Below, one piece after another: positions 40,202-51,297 of a DNA stretch of 63,221 bases. The position numbers were made by a program, and so were the translations under genes. The stretch covers positions 1-63,221 of the forward strand of contig JBEIUS010000001.1 of NCBI GenBank assembly GCA_040374235.1, read 5' to 3'. The notes beneath the pieces are model-generated. The model saw only the letters and a list, made by a program, of their open reading frames with translations, was not told the origin of the DNA and did not search any database. The stretch comes from Leptolyngbya sp. (GTDB lineage: Bacteria; Cyanobacteriota; Cyanobacteriia; Phormidesmidales; Phormidesmidaceae). How positions within the stretch are numbered: the stretch's first letter is position 1; the number at the start of each line of letters is the position of its first letter.

Positions 40202-43200
40202 GGCGAGGCGGGAGATGGTACCCTAGGCCAGGCAATCAGGGGGTCTTGAGCAAAGCGCTGGGAGACCAGGTAAGCGCCGTAGCGATTGAGATGGCTGGGA
40301 TCCGAGAAATAGTCGTAACGCTGGGGCCATGCCTGACCTAGGTCTCGAAATAGAAATCCAGCTTGGCTGGTGGATAGAGTCACCATGTGTTGCCGGAACT
40401 GCGCTTCTGCCTGTTGCCGGTACTCGTCCAGATACTCATCGGTCAGGGGGGTATTGATAAAGACAATGGGAATTTTTTGCCCCTGGGTAAAACGAATTAA
40501 TTCAGCGAAGGCAGTCGATTGCTCCCCCTCCAGCCCAAAGCCATCGTAGTCGCCATCGTAGTTACCCTGCACCCTGGCGTAGGTTTGGTAGTAGGTGGCC
40601 GGGTTAAACCGGACCGATAGGGGTAGAAAGCCGTCAAAGTCAACGGCACTACCCGCCGGCATAGGGGCATCGAGCTGCTCCTTGGTGAGAGCCGGTCCGG
40701 CCAGGGCCGCCAAACGGTCTTGAAACCAGGTTTTGAGTTGACTGCGATGGTCGTGGGTAGCCGATAGACGACCTAAACGATCGCTGATACCTTGATCGAG
40801 GGCTCTATAACTGCTGCTCAGGGAAGCCACCTCCGCCGTTAAGGGGGAGGTCGACGGATTATCCCCAGAGCGCCCCTCCTCCACCAGGCTAGCCATCAAC
40901 TCCCGATAGCCTGGGGAGGCGACGATGGCATTGTAGGTCACATCTTCTCGTCCGCTGTTAAAGGCCCGGGCCCCATCAGCCCAAAGAATCAGCTTGGGGA
41001 GTTCCTGGGGAGCTAAAACCTGACGAAGCACCAGGTCAACGACCTGGGCGGTGGCTCCGTTGATGCCAAAGTTAAAAATGTTGATGTCGGCGTAGCCCAG
41101 GGCCGCCAGTTGTTTACGCAGGGCAACGGGGTCTACCCCCCGCAGGGCCCGGGAACTGCCCACAATCATGACGTCGGCGGGACCTGTTGTCTTGATCCGC
41201 TGACGATAGAGGGCGACCTTCTCATTTAACTGTTGACTATTAAAGGTTGGGCTGGGGGAGGCTGCCACTAGCTTGTCGATGTCCACCATAGGCTGATCGG
41301 CGGTGGTGATTAGGGGCAGGTCGCCATTCTCAGGGCCAGGGTCGCCTCCGCTCAGGAAGCTACCCGAGTCATTTCCAGGGGCGCTATCGGCCCTGGACCC
41401 CTGGGGCCAGTCTAGGGCAGCCAGGGCTTCCTCCCAGGTCTGAGCGCCCCGGGCTTCAGCGGTGGGATCATTAACCACCAGGGTCTCTGCCTTAGCGGCA
41501 TTGGGGGTGGTGGTTAACACCTGCCCCACCACCCAATCTAATTGCAAAGCGATCAGCAGCCCCACTGCAGACCAAACCAGGGCAATTTTGAAACCTTCGG
41601 CCTGGGCAGTACCGGTGAGGCTAGCTAGGGGATGGTTGGTAGCGTGATCGCTAAAGAGTTGCGATCGCAGCAACCAACTCCGGCCCCAGTTACATAGGCC
41701 CTGCAGCCCCAAGTCCTGCAGTCCTGAGGGGCCCTCCTCCAGACCTGGCCCCGCCCCAACCAGGGTGAGGGGCTGTTCGGACTTGACCAGTAGGTCATTG
41801 ACGTAGGCATGGGATGCGGTAAACTCCGGGGTGGCTTCCGGCACCAATCGGTGCCGGGACCGAAAGTCACGGCCGTAGCTCCAGGCCGGCTGGGGCTGAC
41901 CAGAGCGGCGGCCGTAGATACGCACCCCTTCCAGGCCAGCCGGACTCAAGTCCTCCAGGTATTGGCGCAAGGCTGGGGCGATCAATCGCCGCTGGGGCAG
42001 CAGGGGGCTATCGATCATAATGTGCAACAACCGATCCCGCACCAGCATCTGTACCCGCATACCACCGGTGGCCAACCGGTCATCCAGGTTGGGGTTAAGC
42101 TGTCGAGTTAATAAAAAGGCCAGAGCTGGCAGATCTCCTAGCTGCCCCAGGTATTCTGGGGTATCCGCTAAATCACTGTGCTCAGCGGCGGGCAAACCCA
42201 GGTAGTGCACCCAAGCGGGGGACTGATCTGCCAGCGTCGGTCCATAGAGGACGGCTCGACCAACCCCCTGGGGCGCAAGGTTCTCCAGGAGGGGGACAAG
42301 CACCTGCACCAGGGTGTCCTGACCAGGGAGGGATGGGGGATCGCCGGTGCCGCCAGGGGGGGAGGAGCCATGACAAAACCCGTGGAGGGTGCCGTTGCTA
42401 ATGGTGGCGGTGGCGGTCAGTCCATAGGGGGTAAGGGCCATAGTGAGCAGGCGGGCCAGGGCGTCAACGTCGCCCCAGCGCCCCCACTCCCGAAGCATTT
42501 CCTCGGCGGGGGTAAGATCGATGCGCAGGCTCCAATCGGGCTTGGTCTCGCCTCGTACCTGCAGTAACAGCACCGCATCCTTGTACTGGGTTAGATGGAG
42601 CGATCTCAGGCGTTCCGCCGTAGGGCGAGCGATCAGACCAGGATCCGGGCTATAGGTGGCCTCGCACAAAATCCAGAGGCGCGGAATTAGTCCGGCAGCC
42701 CGCTCCATCTCGGTGGGATAGCGATGGGTTTCATGCCCAGGCAAGGGCTCCTCCGGGCGATGCAGGTGGGCCAGACCTGGAATTGCCTTAATGCTCACCC
42801 AAACCCCCACATCTAGACCACTAAGGGTTTCACTTAAGTACCAGGCAATCGCCTCCGGATCCCCCCTGCGAGCCAAACTAAGGTTAGACAACACCATGGC
42901 TCGACCACTGACGTCGCCCCTGGTCACCAGGTCTGGGTGATCCCGAGTGTAGTCCTCTAACAGTGACTGGACCGCCTGCAGGTCGGCCCCATCCTGGTGG
43001 TCTAAAACTAGCTGAGCTAGATGGCGCTCTAACCGATTTAAGTAGATCGGAGCCGTCCAGTCTGGCTTACTTTCTCCCAGACGACGACTATAGAGGTAGA
43101 GCTGGTAAACCTGGGGATAAACCTGACTTAGGTGAGGATGGTCTGAGGACTCCAGGAGATGACGCACCAGCTGTAGCAGGGCTGAGGTTTGTTCTAAGGG

Positions 43201-43320
43201 CCCCGGCGTTTCACACAGCACATGGAGAATATTACCTCTTAGCTTACAGTGGAGAACCGCCTCAGGTTGCCCTAGGGCCGCTTTTAACCAGCTAAACAGG
43301 CCTGATGGGGGACTGGTCAT
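40198..43320 (-). CDS. Large DUF1574-like protein: repeated N-terminal module, TM helix, C-terminal SGNH-like domain
   Basis: IVGSSRALRG, NFGINGAT and DPSHLN; stop overlaps the MBOAT start (ATGA). Confidence 0.75.
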   Translation of the reverse strand: MTSPPSGLFSWLKAALGQPEAVLHCKLRGNILHVLCETPGPLEQTSALLQLVRHLLESSDHPHLSQVYPQVYQLYLYSRRLGESKPDWTAPIYLNRLERHLAQLVLDHQDGADLQAVQSLLEDYTRDHPDLVTRGDVSGRAMVLSNLSLARRGDPEAIAWYLSETLSGLDVGVWVSIKAIPGLAHLHRPEEPLPGHETHRYPTEMERAAGLIPRLWILCEATYSPDPGLIARPTAERLRSLHLTQYKDAVLLLQVRGETKPDWSLRIDLTPAEEMLREWGRWGDVDALARLLTMALTPYGLTATATISNGTLHGFCHGSSPPGGTGDPPSLPGQDTLVQVLVPLLENLAPQGVGRAVLYGPTLADQSPAWVHYLGLPAAEHSDLADTPEYLGQLGDLPALAFLLTRQLNPNLDDRLATGGMRVQMLVRDRLLHIMIDSPLLPQRRLIAPALRQYLEDLSPAGLEGVRIYGRRSGQPQPAWSYGRDFRSRHRLVPEATPEFTASHAYVNDLLVKSEQPLTLVGAGPGLEEGPSGLQDLGLQGLCNWGRSWLLRSQLFSDHATNHPLASLTGTAQAEGFKIALVWSAVGLLIALQLDWVVGQVLTTTPNAAKAETLVVNDPTAEARGAQTWEEALAALDWPQGSRADSAPGNDSGSFLSGGDPGPENGDLPLITTADQPMVDIDKLVAASPSPTFNSQQLNEKVALYRQRIKTTGPADVMIVGSSRALRGVDPVALRKQLAALGYADINIFNFGINGATAQVVDLVLRQVLAPQELPKLILWADGARAFNSGREDVTYNAIVASPGYRELMASLVEEGRSGDNPSTSPLTAEVASLSSSYRALDQGISDRLGRLSATHDHRSQLKTWFQDRLAALAGPALTKEQLDAPMPAGSAVDFDGFLPLSVRFNPATYYQTYARVQGNYDGDYDGFGLEGEQSTAFAELIRFTQGQKIPIVFINTPLTDEYLDEYRQQAEAQFRQHMVTLSTSQAGFLFRDLGQAWPQRYDYFSDPSHLNRYGAYLVSQRFAQDPLIAWPRVPSPASP

Positions 43321-43595
43321 GGAATGGGATGGCAATAGGAAGATGGGAATGGCAGGCAGGCAAGCCGTCGCCCTAGGGTAACGGCGGCAACTGGGAATAG
43401 ATCAACCATAGAACTGGGACTGACGCCATGGATCATAGCAGTGAAGCATAGCGCAATCTGCCCATTCAGTCTCAAAAGTTAGGGCATTTGGCCCAGTTTT
43501 CCAAGCGAGCTCCACCGATGGGCTACTACCGCCTTAGCTATCCTATATGATAAAAAAAGTTCGCCGGATTCAGCCTGGAACTAGAAGGTTTATCT

Positions 43596-43829
43596 ATGGC
43601 AGTCTTAGCATTTACTCAAGGTCGAACCAGTCACCGTCAGCCGTTATCATTAGTTGGTTCCAACGGTACTGAGATGCTAGTGGGCGCCCTGATGCCAGCG
43701 ATTTTACTAGCTATTTTAACCACTAAGGCTTCCGCCGATCTCTACGGGAAGTTAGGCTACCTTGGGGAACAACTACTGCAGTCAAACCGCTTACCCCAGC
43801 TGAATATTCCACCTTCAGATGGAGCTTAA
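43596..43829 (+). CDS. Small conserved hypothetical protein
   Basis: 77 aa; hydrophobic segment then LGEQLLQSNRLPQL, resembling a cyanobacterial small-protein motif. Confidence 0.55.
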   Translation: MAVLAFTQGRTSHRQPLSLVGSNGTEMLVGALMPAILLAILTTKASADLYGKLGYLGEQLLQSNRLPQLNIPPSDGA

Positions 43830-44199
43830 CAGACCAGGAGTGAGCAGAACAGCAGCCTCAGCCTAGGCATCAACTTCAACTATTCGCTGGTGTCCAAGGG
43901 ATTAGGCATCGACTAGGAGTCTAGATAGGGCTTTTATTGCCCCAGATAAATTAGGCAAAGGCGATTCAGAAGACCGTGCCGGACTGTGATTTCGACCAAA
44001 CCGCATTCTCCTTAGAGCGCTGGCCAGAGCATTCATTTCCTATCTTTCAGCATCAGGAAAGGACAATTTTTCCGCCCTCCTGTGAAGGATGTGATCTTAG
44101 GGAACAGTTTTAACCCTTGAGCTTGATTAAACTACTCTTGCTATAGGGGGTAATCCTATAACATCATTGCAGTGTTGCTGTTCTCTCTCTGCCAAGTCC

Positions 44200-47100
44200 A
44201 TGAGTTCAACCCTACACCCCTCCGGTGATCTTCTCCCTAAGGCCTATGGCGATGGTTTGGAGGTGCCCGATCCCCTATCAGCCTCCTCCACCCAAGACTT
44301 GTTGTTGCGTCATCGTTTGCGGGTAGTAGAGGATGTTTGGGAAAGTGTGTTGGACCATGCCTGTGGTCCAGAACTGCTGAGGTTGCTGCGGCTATTACGA
44401 CAGATGTGTTCCCCCGAGGGGCAAGCTCCCACCACCGATGAGGCTAGGGTCAAAGCCGTCGTAGACGTGGTGGAGACGTTAGATCTGGAGGATGCTATCC
44501 GAGCCTCCCGAGCCTTTGCCCTCTACTTTCAGTTGATCAACATTGTTGAGCAACACTACGAACAACGGGGACAGCAACAGCAGTATCGAGCCGCCTATCA
44601 AACCTCTGAACTGGCCCAACAGGGGCGTGCCACGGGTGTGGGTCCTTTGGGGATGGGCCTTGGTCAACCCGAGGATGCCCCTAGTCAGAGTTTTCAGGCT
44701 AATCTCCTGCACCGCAGTATGGGGGACTTTGGTAACCCTCGCCAAGAGGCTGGTACCTTTCATTGGCTCTTCCCAACCTTGAAGCGGCTGAATGTACCGC
44801 CCCAGATTATTCAAAACCTGATTGATCAGCTGGATGTGCGGTTAGTCTTTACCGCCCATCCTACGGAAATTGTGCGCCATACCATCCGTGATAAGCAGCG
44901 TCGCATTGCCAATATTCTCCGCCAGATGGATCAGGCCGAGGAGAGTGCTCGTACCCTGGGCCTCGCCTCCTCCTGGGAGATCGAAGATCTGAAGGCTCAG
45001 CTGATGCAGGAAATCCGCCTATGGTGGCGGACCGATGAGCTGCACCAGTTTAAGCCCTCCGTACTGGATGAGGTGGACTATACCCTGCACTACTTTCAGG
45101 TGGTCCTGTTTGATACCTTACCCCAGCTCTATCAACGCTTTGAACGGGCGATCGCCACCACCTTCCCTGAGCTGGATCCCCCCCGCCATCGGTTTTGTCG
45201 GTTTGGCTCCTGGGTGGGGGCAGATCGAGATGGTAACCCTTCGGTGACCCCAGAGGTCACCTGGAAAACCGCCTGCTATCAGCGCAACTTGGTGCTGGGC
45301 AAGTACATCAACTCCATCGATCGCCTCACCGAGTTGCTCAGTCTCTCCCTCCACTGGAGCGAAGTCTTGCCCGAGCTGCTGGAGTCCCTGGAGCAGGATC
45401 AGGTAAAAATGCCGGAAATCTACGATGAGCTGGCGATCCGCTATCGACAAGAACCCTACCGGTTAAAACTGGCCTATGTTAAGCAACGCCTTCAGCATAC
45501 CCGAGATCGCAGCCTCAGACTCTACCAGGGCGATGCCTTCACCGAAAGCTTTAAAGATGTTCCCCCTGCTTCGGTCTACCGCGGTGGCCAGGAGTTCCTG
45601 GCGGAGTTACAGCTGATTCAGCGTAACCTGGAGGCCACGGGGTTACACTGCCAGGAGTTGGATACTCTGATTTGTCAGGTGCAAATCTTTGGCTTTAACC
45701 TGGCCCAATTAGACCTGCGCCAGGAAAGTTCACACCACTCCGATGCCCTAGAGGAGATCACCGAGTATCTCCAGATACTGCCCCGCCCCTATAACCAGCT
45801 ATCGGAGGCGGAGAAAACCGCCTGGTTGGTGGCTGAGCTGAAAACCCGCCGTCCTCTGATTCCCGCCGAGTTGCCCTTCTCCGATACAACCCGGGAAACC
45901 GTGGCCACCCTCCGCATGGTGCGGCAGCTACACCAGGAATTTGGCCCCGACATTTGCTTTAGCTACGTGATCAGCATGAGCCATCACCTCAGTGATCTGT
46001 TGGAGGTGCTGTTACTGGCTAAGGAAGCGGGGCTCTACGATCCCGTTAGTGGTCTGGCGAGTATTCAGCCGGTGCCCCTGTTTGAGACGGTGGAGGATCT
46101 GCAACGGGCCCCTGCGGTGATGCAGGAGCTGTTTGACTTACCCTTCTACCTGGAGCTTTTAAAGGGGCAGGCTAACCAATTTGCCACCGACTCCAGTCCT
46201 GGAGCCCGGATCGTACCCCTACAGGAGGTGATGTTGGGCTACTCCGACAGCAATAAGGACTCTGGCTTTCTCAGTAGTAACTGGGAAATTCACAAAGCCC
46301 AGCAGGCTCTGCAATCTGCCGCCGATCGCTTTGGCGTCGCCCTGCGAATTTTCCATGGTCGGGGCGGGTCGGTCGGTCGAGGGGGCGGCCCCGCTTATGA
46401 GGCAATTCTGGCCCAACCAGGGCGCAGCATTAAGGGTCGGATTAAAATTACCGAGCAGGGGGAGGTGCTGGCCTCCAAGTACAACCTGGCCGACCTGGCC
46501 CTCTACAACCTGGAAACCGTCACCTCCGCCGTTTTGCAGGCCAGTATTCTGGGCAATAGCTTTGACGACATCCAACCCTGGAATGAGACCATGGAGGAAC
46601 TGGCGGCCCGGTCCCGCCGTCACTACCGCGAGTTGATTTATGAACAACCCGACCTGGTGGACTTCTTCCATCAGGTTACCCCCATCCAGGAAATTAGCCA
46701 GCTGCAAATCAGTTCCCGACCCTCCCGCCGCGGTGGTCGCAAAGACCTGGGTAGCCTGCGGGCCATTCCCTGGGTGTTTAGCTGGACCCAAGCCCGCTTC
46801 CTGCTGCCCTCCTGGTATGGGGTAGGTACGGCCCTGGAGGAATTTTTGCAGGAGGAGCCGGAACAACACCTGAAGCTGCTGCGGTACTTTTACCACAAGT
46901 GGTCCTTTTTCAAAATGGTGATCTCCAAGGCGGAAATGACCCTGGCTAAGGTGGATTTGCAGATCGCCGAACACTACATGCGGGAGTTGACCAACCCCAA
47001 GGACCTGGAACGGTTTGCCCATTTGTTTAACGCCATTTCCCAGGAGTTTTACCTGACTCGGGATAAGGTTCTCCAGATCACCGGCCACGAACGGCTGTTG

Positions 47101-47316
47101 GATGGCTCTCCCGAACTGCAGCGATCGGTTTACCTGCGCAATGGCACCATTGTTCCTCTCGGGTTTCTGCAGGTGGCGCTGCTGAAACGGCTCCGCCAGT
47201 ACAAGGATCAGGCGGCCACCGGTATTATCCGATCCCGCTACAGCCAGAGTGAACTGCTGCGGGGGGCGTTGTTGACCATCAACGGCATTGCTGCTGGCAT
47301 GCGCAACACCGGTTGA
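44200..47316 (+). CDS. ppc: Phosphoenolpyruvate carboxylase
   Basis: [48 protein letters not shown] and MRNTG end. Confidence 0.98.
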   Translation: MSSTLHPSGDLLPKAYGDGLEVPDPLSASSTQDLLLRHRLRVVEDVWESVLDHACGPELLRLLRLLRQMCSPEGQAPTTDEARVKAVVDVVETLDLEDAIRASRAFALYFQLINIVEQHYEQRGQQQQYRAAYQTSELAQQGRATGVGPLGMGLGQPEDAPSQSFQANLLHRSMGDFGNPRQEAGTFHWLFPTLKRLNVPPQIIQNLIDQLDVRLVFTAHPTEIVRHTIRDKQRRIANILRQMDQAEESARTLGLASSWEIEDLKAQLMQEIRLWWRTDELHQFKPSVLDEVDYTLHYFQVVLFDTLPQLYQRFERAIATTFPELDPPRHRFCRFGSWVGADRDGNPSVTPEVTWKTACYQRNLVLGKYINSIDRLTELLSLSLHWSEVLPELLESLEQDQVKMPEIYDELAIRYRQEPYRLKLAYVKQRLQHTRDRSLRLYQGDAFTESFKDVPPASVYRGGQEFLAELQLIQRNLEATGLHCQELDTLICQVQIFGFNLAQLDLRQESSHHSDALEEITEYLQILPRPYNQLSEAEKTAWLVAELKTRRPLIPAELPFSDTTRETVATLRMVRQLHQEFGPDICFSYVISMSHHLSDLLEVLLLAKEAGLYDPVSGLASIQPVPLFETVEDLQRAPAVMQELFDLPFYLELLKGQANQFATDSSPGARIVPLQEVMLGYSDSNKDSGFLSSNWEIHKAQQALQSAADRFGVALRIFHGRGGSVGRGGGPAYEAILAQPGRSIKGRIKITEQGEVLASKYNLADLALYNLETVTSAVLQASILGNSFDDIQPWNETMEELAARSRRHYRELIYEQPDLVDFFHQVTPIQEISQLQISSRPSRRGGRKDLGSLRAIPWVFSWTQARFLLPSWYGVGTALEEFLQEEPEQHLKLLRYFYHKWSFFKMVISKAEMTLAKVDLQIAEHYMRELTNPKDLERFAHLFNAISQEFYLTRDKVLQITGHERLLDGSPELQRSVYLRNGTIVPLGFLQVALLKRLRQYKDQAATGIIRSRYSQSELLRGALLTINGIAAGMRNTG

Positions 47317-47323
47317 ACCCGGG

Positions 47324-48565
47324 CTAGCTGGGCTGGGCGACTGGCGGTGAAGGGACGATCAGGGCACGCCGTAGCTTCGGCAATTGGTAGGTCAGGACCA
47401 TTAACAGAGCCACCAAGTAGGCCAGGATAGCGTTACTGTTCAGAAAGGGGGGCATGAATAGGGGTAGTAACACCACCACCTGTCCTCCCTTTCTGAGGTT
47501 CGGATAGAGGTGGAGGAACAGGGGCAAATACCACACCAGACCCATGATCCAGGCCACCGGATTGTAGAGATTGATCACCGTCAAAAAGGCGTAGAACTGT
47601 AGATCCCTTGGAGATTTTCTTGCCGACCACAGGAGCAGAACCGTGGCGATCGCCCCGGCCACTATCGCTCCGCCGGTACTACTGCTGAGCAGGGGGTTCA
47701 TAAAACCATTGACAAAGTCATGGCTAACCAGCAGATCGGGGGCATCAATGGACTGCACAATTTTCCCCAGCACAATGCCCTGACCGTGCAGAGTCACGGG
47801 TAGATCGTTGGTGATTTGCCCCAGTTGGGCTGGCAAGGTCCGTTGTAGAAAGTGCCGATAGACATTGGGGCCAAAGTAGAGGTAAGGGAGGGCGAGTAGT
47901 CCCCCAATCCAGGCCAGGGTAGACAGCACCATGCCCCACTGTCGGCGCCAACCATAGAACAATAACACCAGGAGGGGAAACAGCTTCAGCAGGCTGGCTA
48001 GGGCCAGGGCTAGGGCAGGCAGTGTGGGTCGCCGACCCCCGCCCCAGTAGGCCAGCAGGGTGAGGTAGAGTACCAGACTATCCACCTGGCCCCGCTCCAC
48101 CGTGGCCAGCACCGGAAAGCTCACCAGCATAAACAAAAGGGCTTCCCCTGGCAGGGTGAACTGACTGCGTCGCACCATGCCAAAGCTAATTAACCCCAGC
48201 AGTAGCACCATGACCAGGGTGAAAACCCCCTTGGCCACGGGGTAGGGTAGTGCTCCCAGGGGAGCAAAGGCGAGGGCCGCCAGGGGGGGGTAACGAAAGC
48301 CTGAGAAGGGGGCGGTTTCCGAGTTCATCGGCCCGTAGAACTCGGGCCGCAGGCCAACGTAGTTGAGGTATGGATCCAGGCCAAGCACCACCGACTTACC
48401 CGCCAGATGAAAACTGCGGAAGTCGATCTGATAACTTTCCAGCATCAGGTAAACTAGAAACCCGACCGGTAGAAAATACATCAGGTAGATCCCGACAAAG
48501 CGACGCAGGTCGGTCAACAACGGCGGGGTAGGGTAGCCATAGAATCGCTTAGTAGACCCTGGCAT
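47324..48565 (-). CDS. GT87/DUF2029-family membrane glycosyltransferase
   Basis: IDF...YPP, ERGQVD and LKLFP; multi-TM GT-C pattern. Confidence 0.75.
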   Translation of the reverse strand: MPGSTKRFYGYPTPPLLTDLRRFVGIYLMYFLPVGFLVYLMLESYQIDFRSFHLAGKSVVLGLDPYLNYVGLRPEFYGPMNSETAPFSGFRYPPLAALAFAPLGALPYPVAKGVFTLVMVLLLGLISFGMVRRSQFTLPGEALLFMLVSFPVLATVERGQVDSLVLYLTLLAYWGGGRRPTLPALALALASLLKLFPLLVLLFYGWRRQWGMVLSTLAWIGGLLALPYLYFGPNVYRHFLQRTLPAQLGQITNDLPVTLHGQGIVLGKIVQSIDAPDLLVSHDFVNGFMNPLLSSSTGGAIVAGAIATVLLLWSARKSPRDLQFYAFLTVINLYNPVAWIMGLVWYLPLFLHLYPNLRKGGQVVVLLPLFMPPFLNSNAILAYLVALLMVLTYQLPKLRRALIVPSPPVAQPS

Positions 48566-48577
48566 AAAGCTATCAAC

Positions 48578-48615
48578 TTCTCCTGGTTTCTGAGTTCTGA
48601 GTTCTGACTCCTGGC
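48578..48615. repeat. STRR-like heptamer tandem (TTCTGAG/TCCTGAC type)
   Basis: ttctgag ttctgag ttctgac tcctggc; related units near 21680, 25405, 54668 and 59615. Confidence 0.6.
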
Positions 48616-48643
48616 AACCCTTCCAGGGTAGCTATGGCATCGC

Positions 48644-50287
48644 CTAGCGGTAGTTAAGTTCGGCCTGGGCCCGGCCACCGACGATCGCCGGTTCAATGGC
48701 GAAGTCCTCCGCCACCAGGCGGGCGGCCATCTTGGCTGACATCATTACACTGGGGGTACCGGCCCCGGGCTGGGTGCCGGCCCCCACCAGGTAGAGGTTG
48801 GCAATGTCTTCGCTGCGGTTGTGGGGCCGGAAAAAGGCAGACTGCACCAGCAAGGGTTCGGGACCAAAGGCGTTACCCAGGTAGGAGCTGAGGTGCTCCT
48901 CAAAGTAGTCAGGGGTGATGTAACTGTGACAAACCAGACGCTGCCTCAGGTTGGGTAGGTAGCCGCGCTCCTCCAGGAAGGTGAAGACGGTATCCACCAG
49001 GCGATCGCCCACCTGGGACCAATCTAGCCCCGAGCCATTGTGGGGCACCGGCAGCAGGGTATAGGCGGCATGGTGCCCCGGCGGCGCCAGAGAGGGGTCA
49101 GTCAGGGTGGGCAGGTGTAGGTACTGGGAGAAGTCCTTGGCTAGGACCTTGCGGCCAAAGATATCCCGCAGCAGTTCCTCGTAGCGGGGCCCCAGGATGA
49201 TGGTGTGGTGGCGTAGTTTCTCCTCCTCCTCCCCGTTGGCCCTGAAGCCGAAATAGATCACAAACAGGGACATGGACTGTTGGGTTAACTTGACCCGCAG
49301 GTTACTGTTCCAGAAGCGATACTGGGGATCGATCATCTGGCGGTAGGTGTTGGCCCAGTCAGCATTAGATACCACCAGATCCGCCCCGAGCACCCGACCA
49401 TCCGCCAGGGTGACCCCGGTGGCGAGTTTCTGTTTGCCCTGGCGACGGACATTGATCTGGATGACCGGGGCATTGTAGAGCACCGTGCCCCCCAGGTCTT
49501 GAAACTTCTTGACAAAGCCCTGTACCAGGGCCCCTGTGCCCCCCATGGCGAAGTGAATGCCCCAGGTCTTTTCCACGAAGTGGATCATGGCGTAGATGGC
49601 CGGCACCGACAGGGGGTTACCCCCCACCAGTAGGGTTTCAAAGCTAAACACCTGGCGTAGTTTGTCGCTCTTAAAGTAGCGACTACTAAACCGAAACAGG
49701 TTGCGCACCGCGTCCAGCCGCAGCAGATCCGGGGCCACCTTCAGCATGTCGCCCATGGTGCCAAAGTGGGTGTAGCCCAGCTCTAAAAAGCCCCGCTCAA
49801 AAATCGCCCGGGCCGCCTTCTCAAACTGGGCGTAGCCCTCCAGATCCCCCGGTTCCCCCAGGGCTTGAATTTGTTCGCGGGTGTGGTCTGGGTCCCCATC
49901 GTAGTCAAAGTAGCTGCCATCGTCAAAATAGATGCGGTAGAAGGGCAGAATGGGCACGATTTTGACGTAGCGGCTGGTGTGGGGCCCGCCGGATACGCCG
50001 CTGGTGATGCGCTTGCTCTCATCGACGATGGCCGCCGGAAAGTCGGGGCTGGTCAGGTCGGCGCAGTCCCGCTCCAGGGCGAAGAGCTCTTCAATAAAGT
50101 GGGGCACCGTAATCACCGTCGGCCCCATGTCGAAGGTAAAGCCCTCCTGATGACGGACGTAGGCCCGCCCCCCGGGGGCGTCGAGCTTTTCCACCAGGGT
50201 GGTGTCAAAGCCCAGACTTTGCAGGCGAATGCCCATGGCTAGCCCACCCATTCCTGCCCCGATGACGATCGCCTGCTTGCGGCCCAT
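48644..50287 (-). CDS. crtI: CrtI-family carotenoid desaturase
   Basis: [12 protein letters not shown] motif, [25 protein letters not shown] and [11 protein letters not shown]. Confidence 0.8.
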   Translation of the reverse strand: MGRKQAIVIGAGMGGLAMGIRLQSLGFDTTLVEKLDAPGGRAYVRHQEGFTFDMGPTVITVPHFIEELFALERDCADLTSPDFPAAIVDESKRITSGVSGGPHTSRYVKIVPILPFYRIYFDDGSYFDYDGDPDHTREQIQALGEPGDLEGYAQFEKAARAIFERGFLELGYTHFGTMGDMLKVAPDLLRLDAVRNLFRFSSRYFKSDKLRQVFSFETLLVGGNPLSVPAIYAMIHFVEKTWGIHFAMGGTGALVQGFVKKFQDLGGTVLYNAPVIQINVRRQGKQKLATGVTLADGRVLGADLVVSNADWANTYRQMIDPQYRFWNSNLRVKLTQQSMSLFVIYFGFRANGEEEEKLRHHTIILGPRYEELLRDIFGRKVLAKDFSQYLHLPTLTDPSLAPPGHHAAYTLLPVPHNGSGLDWSQVGDRLVDTVFTFLEERGYLPNLRQRLVCHSYITPDYFEEHLSSYLGNAFGPEPLLVQSAFFRPHNRSEDIANLYLVGAGTQPGAGTPSVMMSAKMAARLVAEDFAIEPAIVGGRAQAELNYR

Positions 50288-50318
50288 GTTGACTCCTACC
50301 CTGAGCACCAGGGCTCAT

Positions 50319-50336
50319 GTTACAAAGATTAACGTT
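50319..50336. promoter_or_regulatory. Possible HLR1 (RpaB) site in the crtI leader
   Basis: GTTACAAA-GA-TTAACGTT; first half perfect, second degenerate. Confidence 0.35.
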
Positions 50337-50553
50337 TAATCATCTTACTATAGCCCTAGCCCCCTGCAAGGGGGCAGCGGTCAGCCAAAACCCCTAGCCC
50401 GTCCTAGCTTTCACCGATATAGCCCATCCCCACAGTGCTGGCCAGGGCTACACCGATACGGCCCTGCTCTATGACAGGGGGATGGAGGCGGGGTAGGGTG
50501 GGAGGGTAAGGCCTATCCCCAAGGCCACAACAACGACTACCGGAAGCAACCCT

Positions 50554-51297
50554 ATGCTGAGCCTGTGGGCCAAAACCAGCGGCACCTGGATTAATCTGCT
50601 GACTATTATCCTGGGAACGGTGCTGGGCTTGACCCTGCGACGCCGTCTCTCCCCCGCCACCCAAACCCTGATTACCCAGGCCCTGGGCCTGGTCACCCTG
50701 GTGCTGGGGGTAACTATGGGTCAGAGCCTATCCCGGCTTAAGGCGGGCCCCATGGACGGGCTCCTGCTCGGGTTGCTAGCCCTGGTGGCGGGGGGCAGCC
50801 TGGGGGAGTGGGGGCAATTGGAGGGCCGCCTCACCGCCCTTGGCGATGGCCTCAAGGCCCGGCTCAAGGGGGGCGGTCAGTTTACCGAGGGGTTTGTCTC
50901 CGCCAGCCTGCTGTTTTGCATTGGCCCCATGGCGATTTTGGGGAGCCTCAACAATGGCCTGGCGGGGGACCCTACCCTGCTCACCCTGAAGGCCACCATG
51001 GATGGGCTGGCCGCCATTGCCTTGACCAGTAGCTACGGGGTGGGAGTGGGGTTCTCCGCCCTGTCGGTACTGGTGGTGCAGGGCAGCCTGTCTATGCTGG
51101 CCAGCGTCTCTGGTTGGGCGGTGACCGACCCCGCCACCAACCCCTATATTCTGATCATTACCGGGGTGGGGGGCTTGATGATTGTGGCCCTGGGTCTGAC
51201 CCTGCTGCAGGTAGTGCAGATCCGGCTGGCCTCCTTTTTACCCGCCCTGGGGCTAGCTCCCCTGGCGATCGCCCTGATCCACCGGCTGCAGCCCTAG
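50554..51297 (+). CDS. DUF554 (YdfK/YqgA-like) membrane protein
   Basis: GTWINLLTI, EGFVSASLLFCIGPMAILGS and KATMDG. Confidence 0.85.
   Translation: MLSLWAKTSGTWINLLTIILGTVLGLTLRRRLSPATQTLITQALGLVTLVLGVTMGQSLSRLKAGPMDGLLLGLLALVAGGSLGEWGQLEGRLTALGDGLKARLKGGGQFTEGFVSASLLFCIGPMAILGSLNNGLAGDPTLLTLKATMDGLAAIALTSSYGVGVGFSALSVLVVQGSLSMLASVSGWAVTDPATNPYILIITGVGGLMIVALGLTLLQVVQIRLASFLPALGLAPLAIALIHRLQP

Noticed and set aside
43950-44000. c-di-GMP-I riboswitch-like GGCAAA start upstream of ppc
   Set aside because: Lacks the GAAA tetraloop stem and the GACGCAAA segment
48578-48615. CRISPR array
   Set aside because: Heptamer tandem with no spacers; no cas genes in the window
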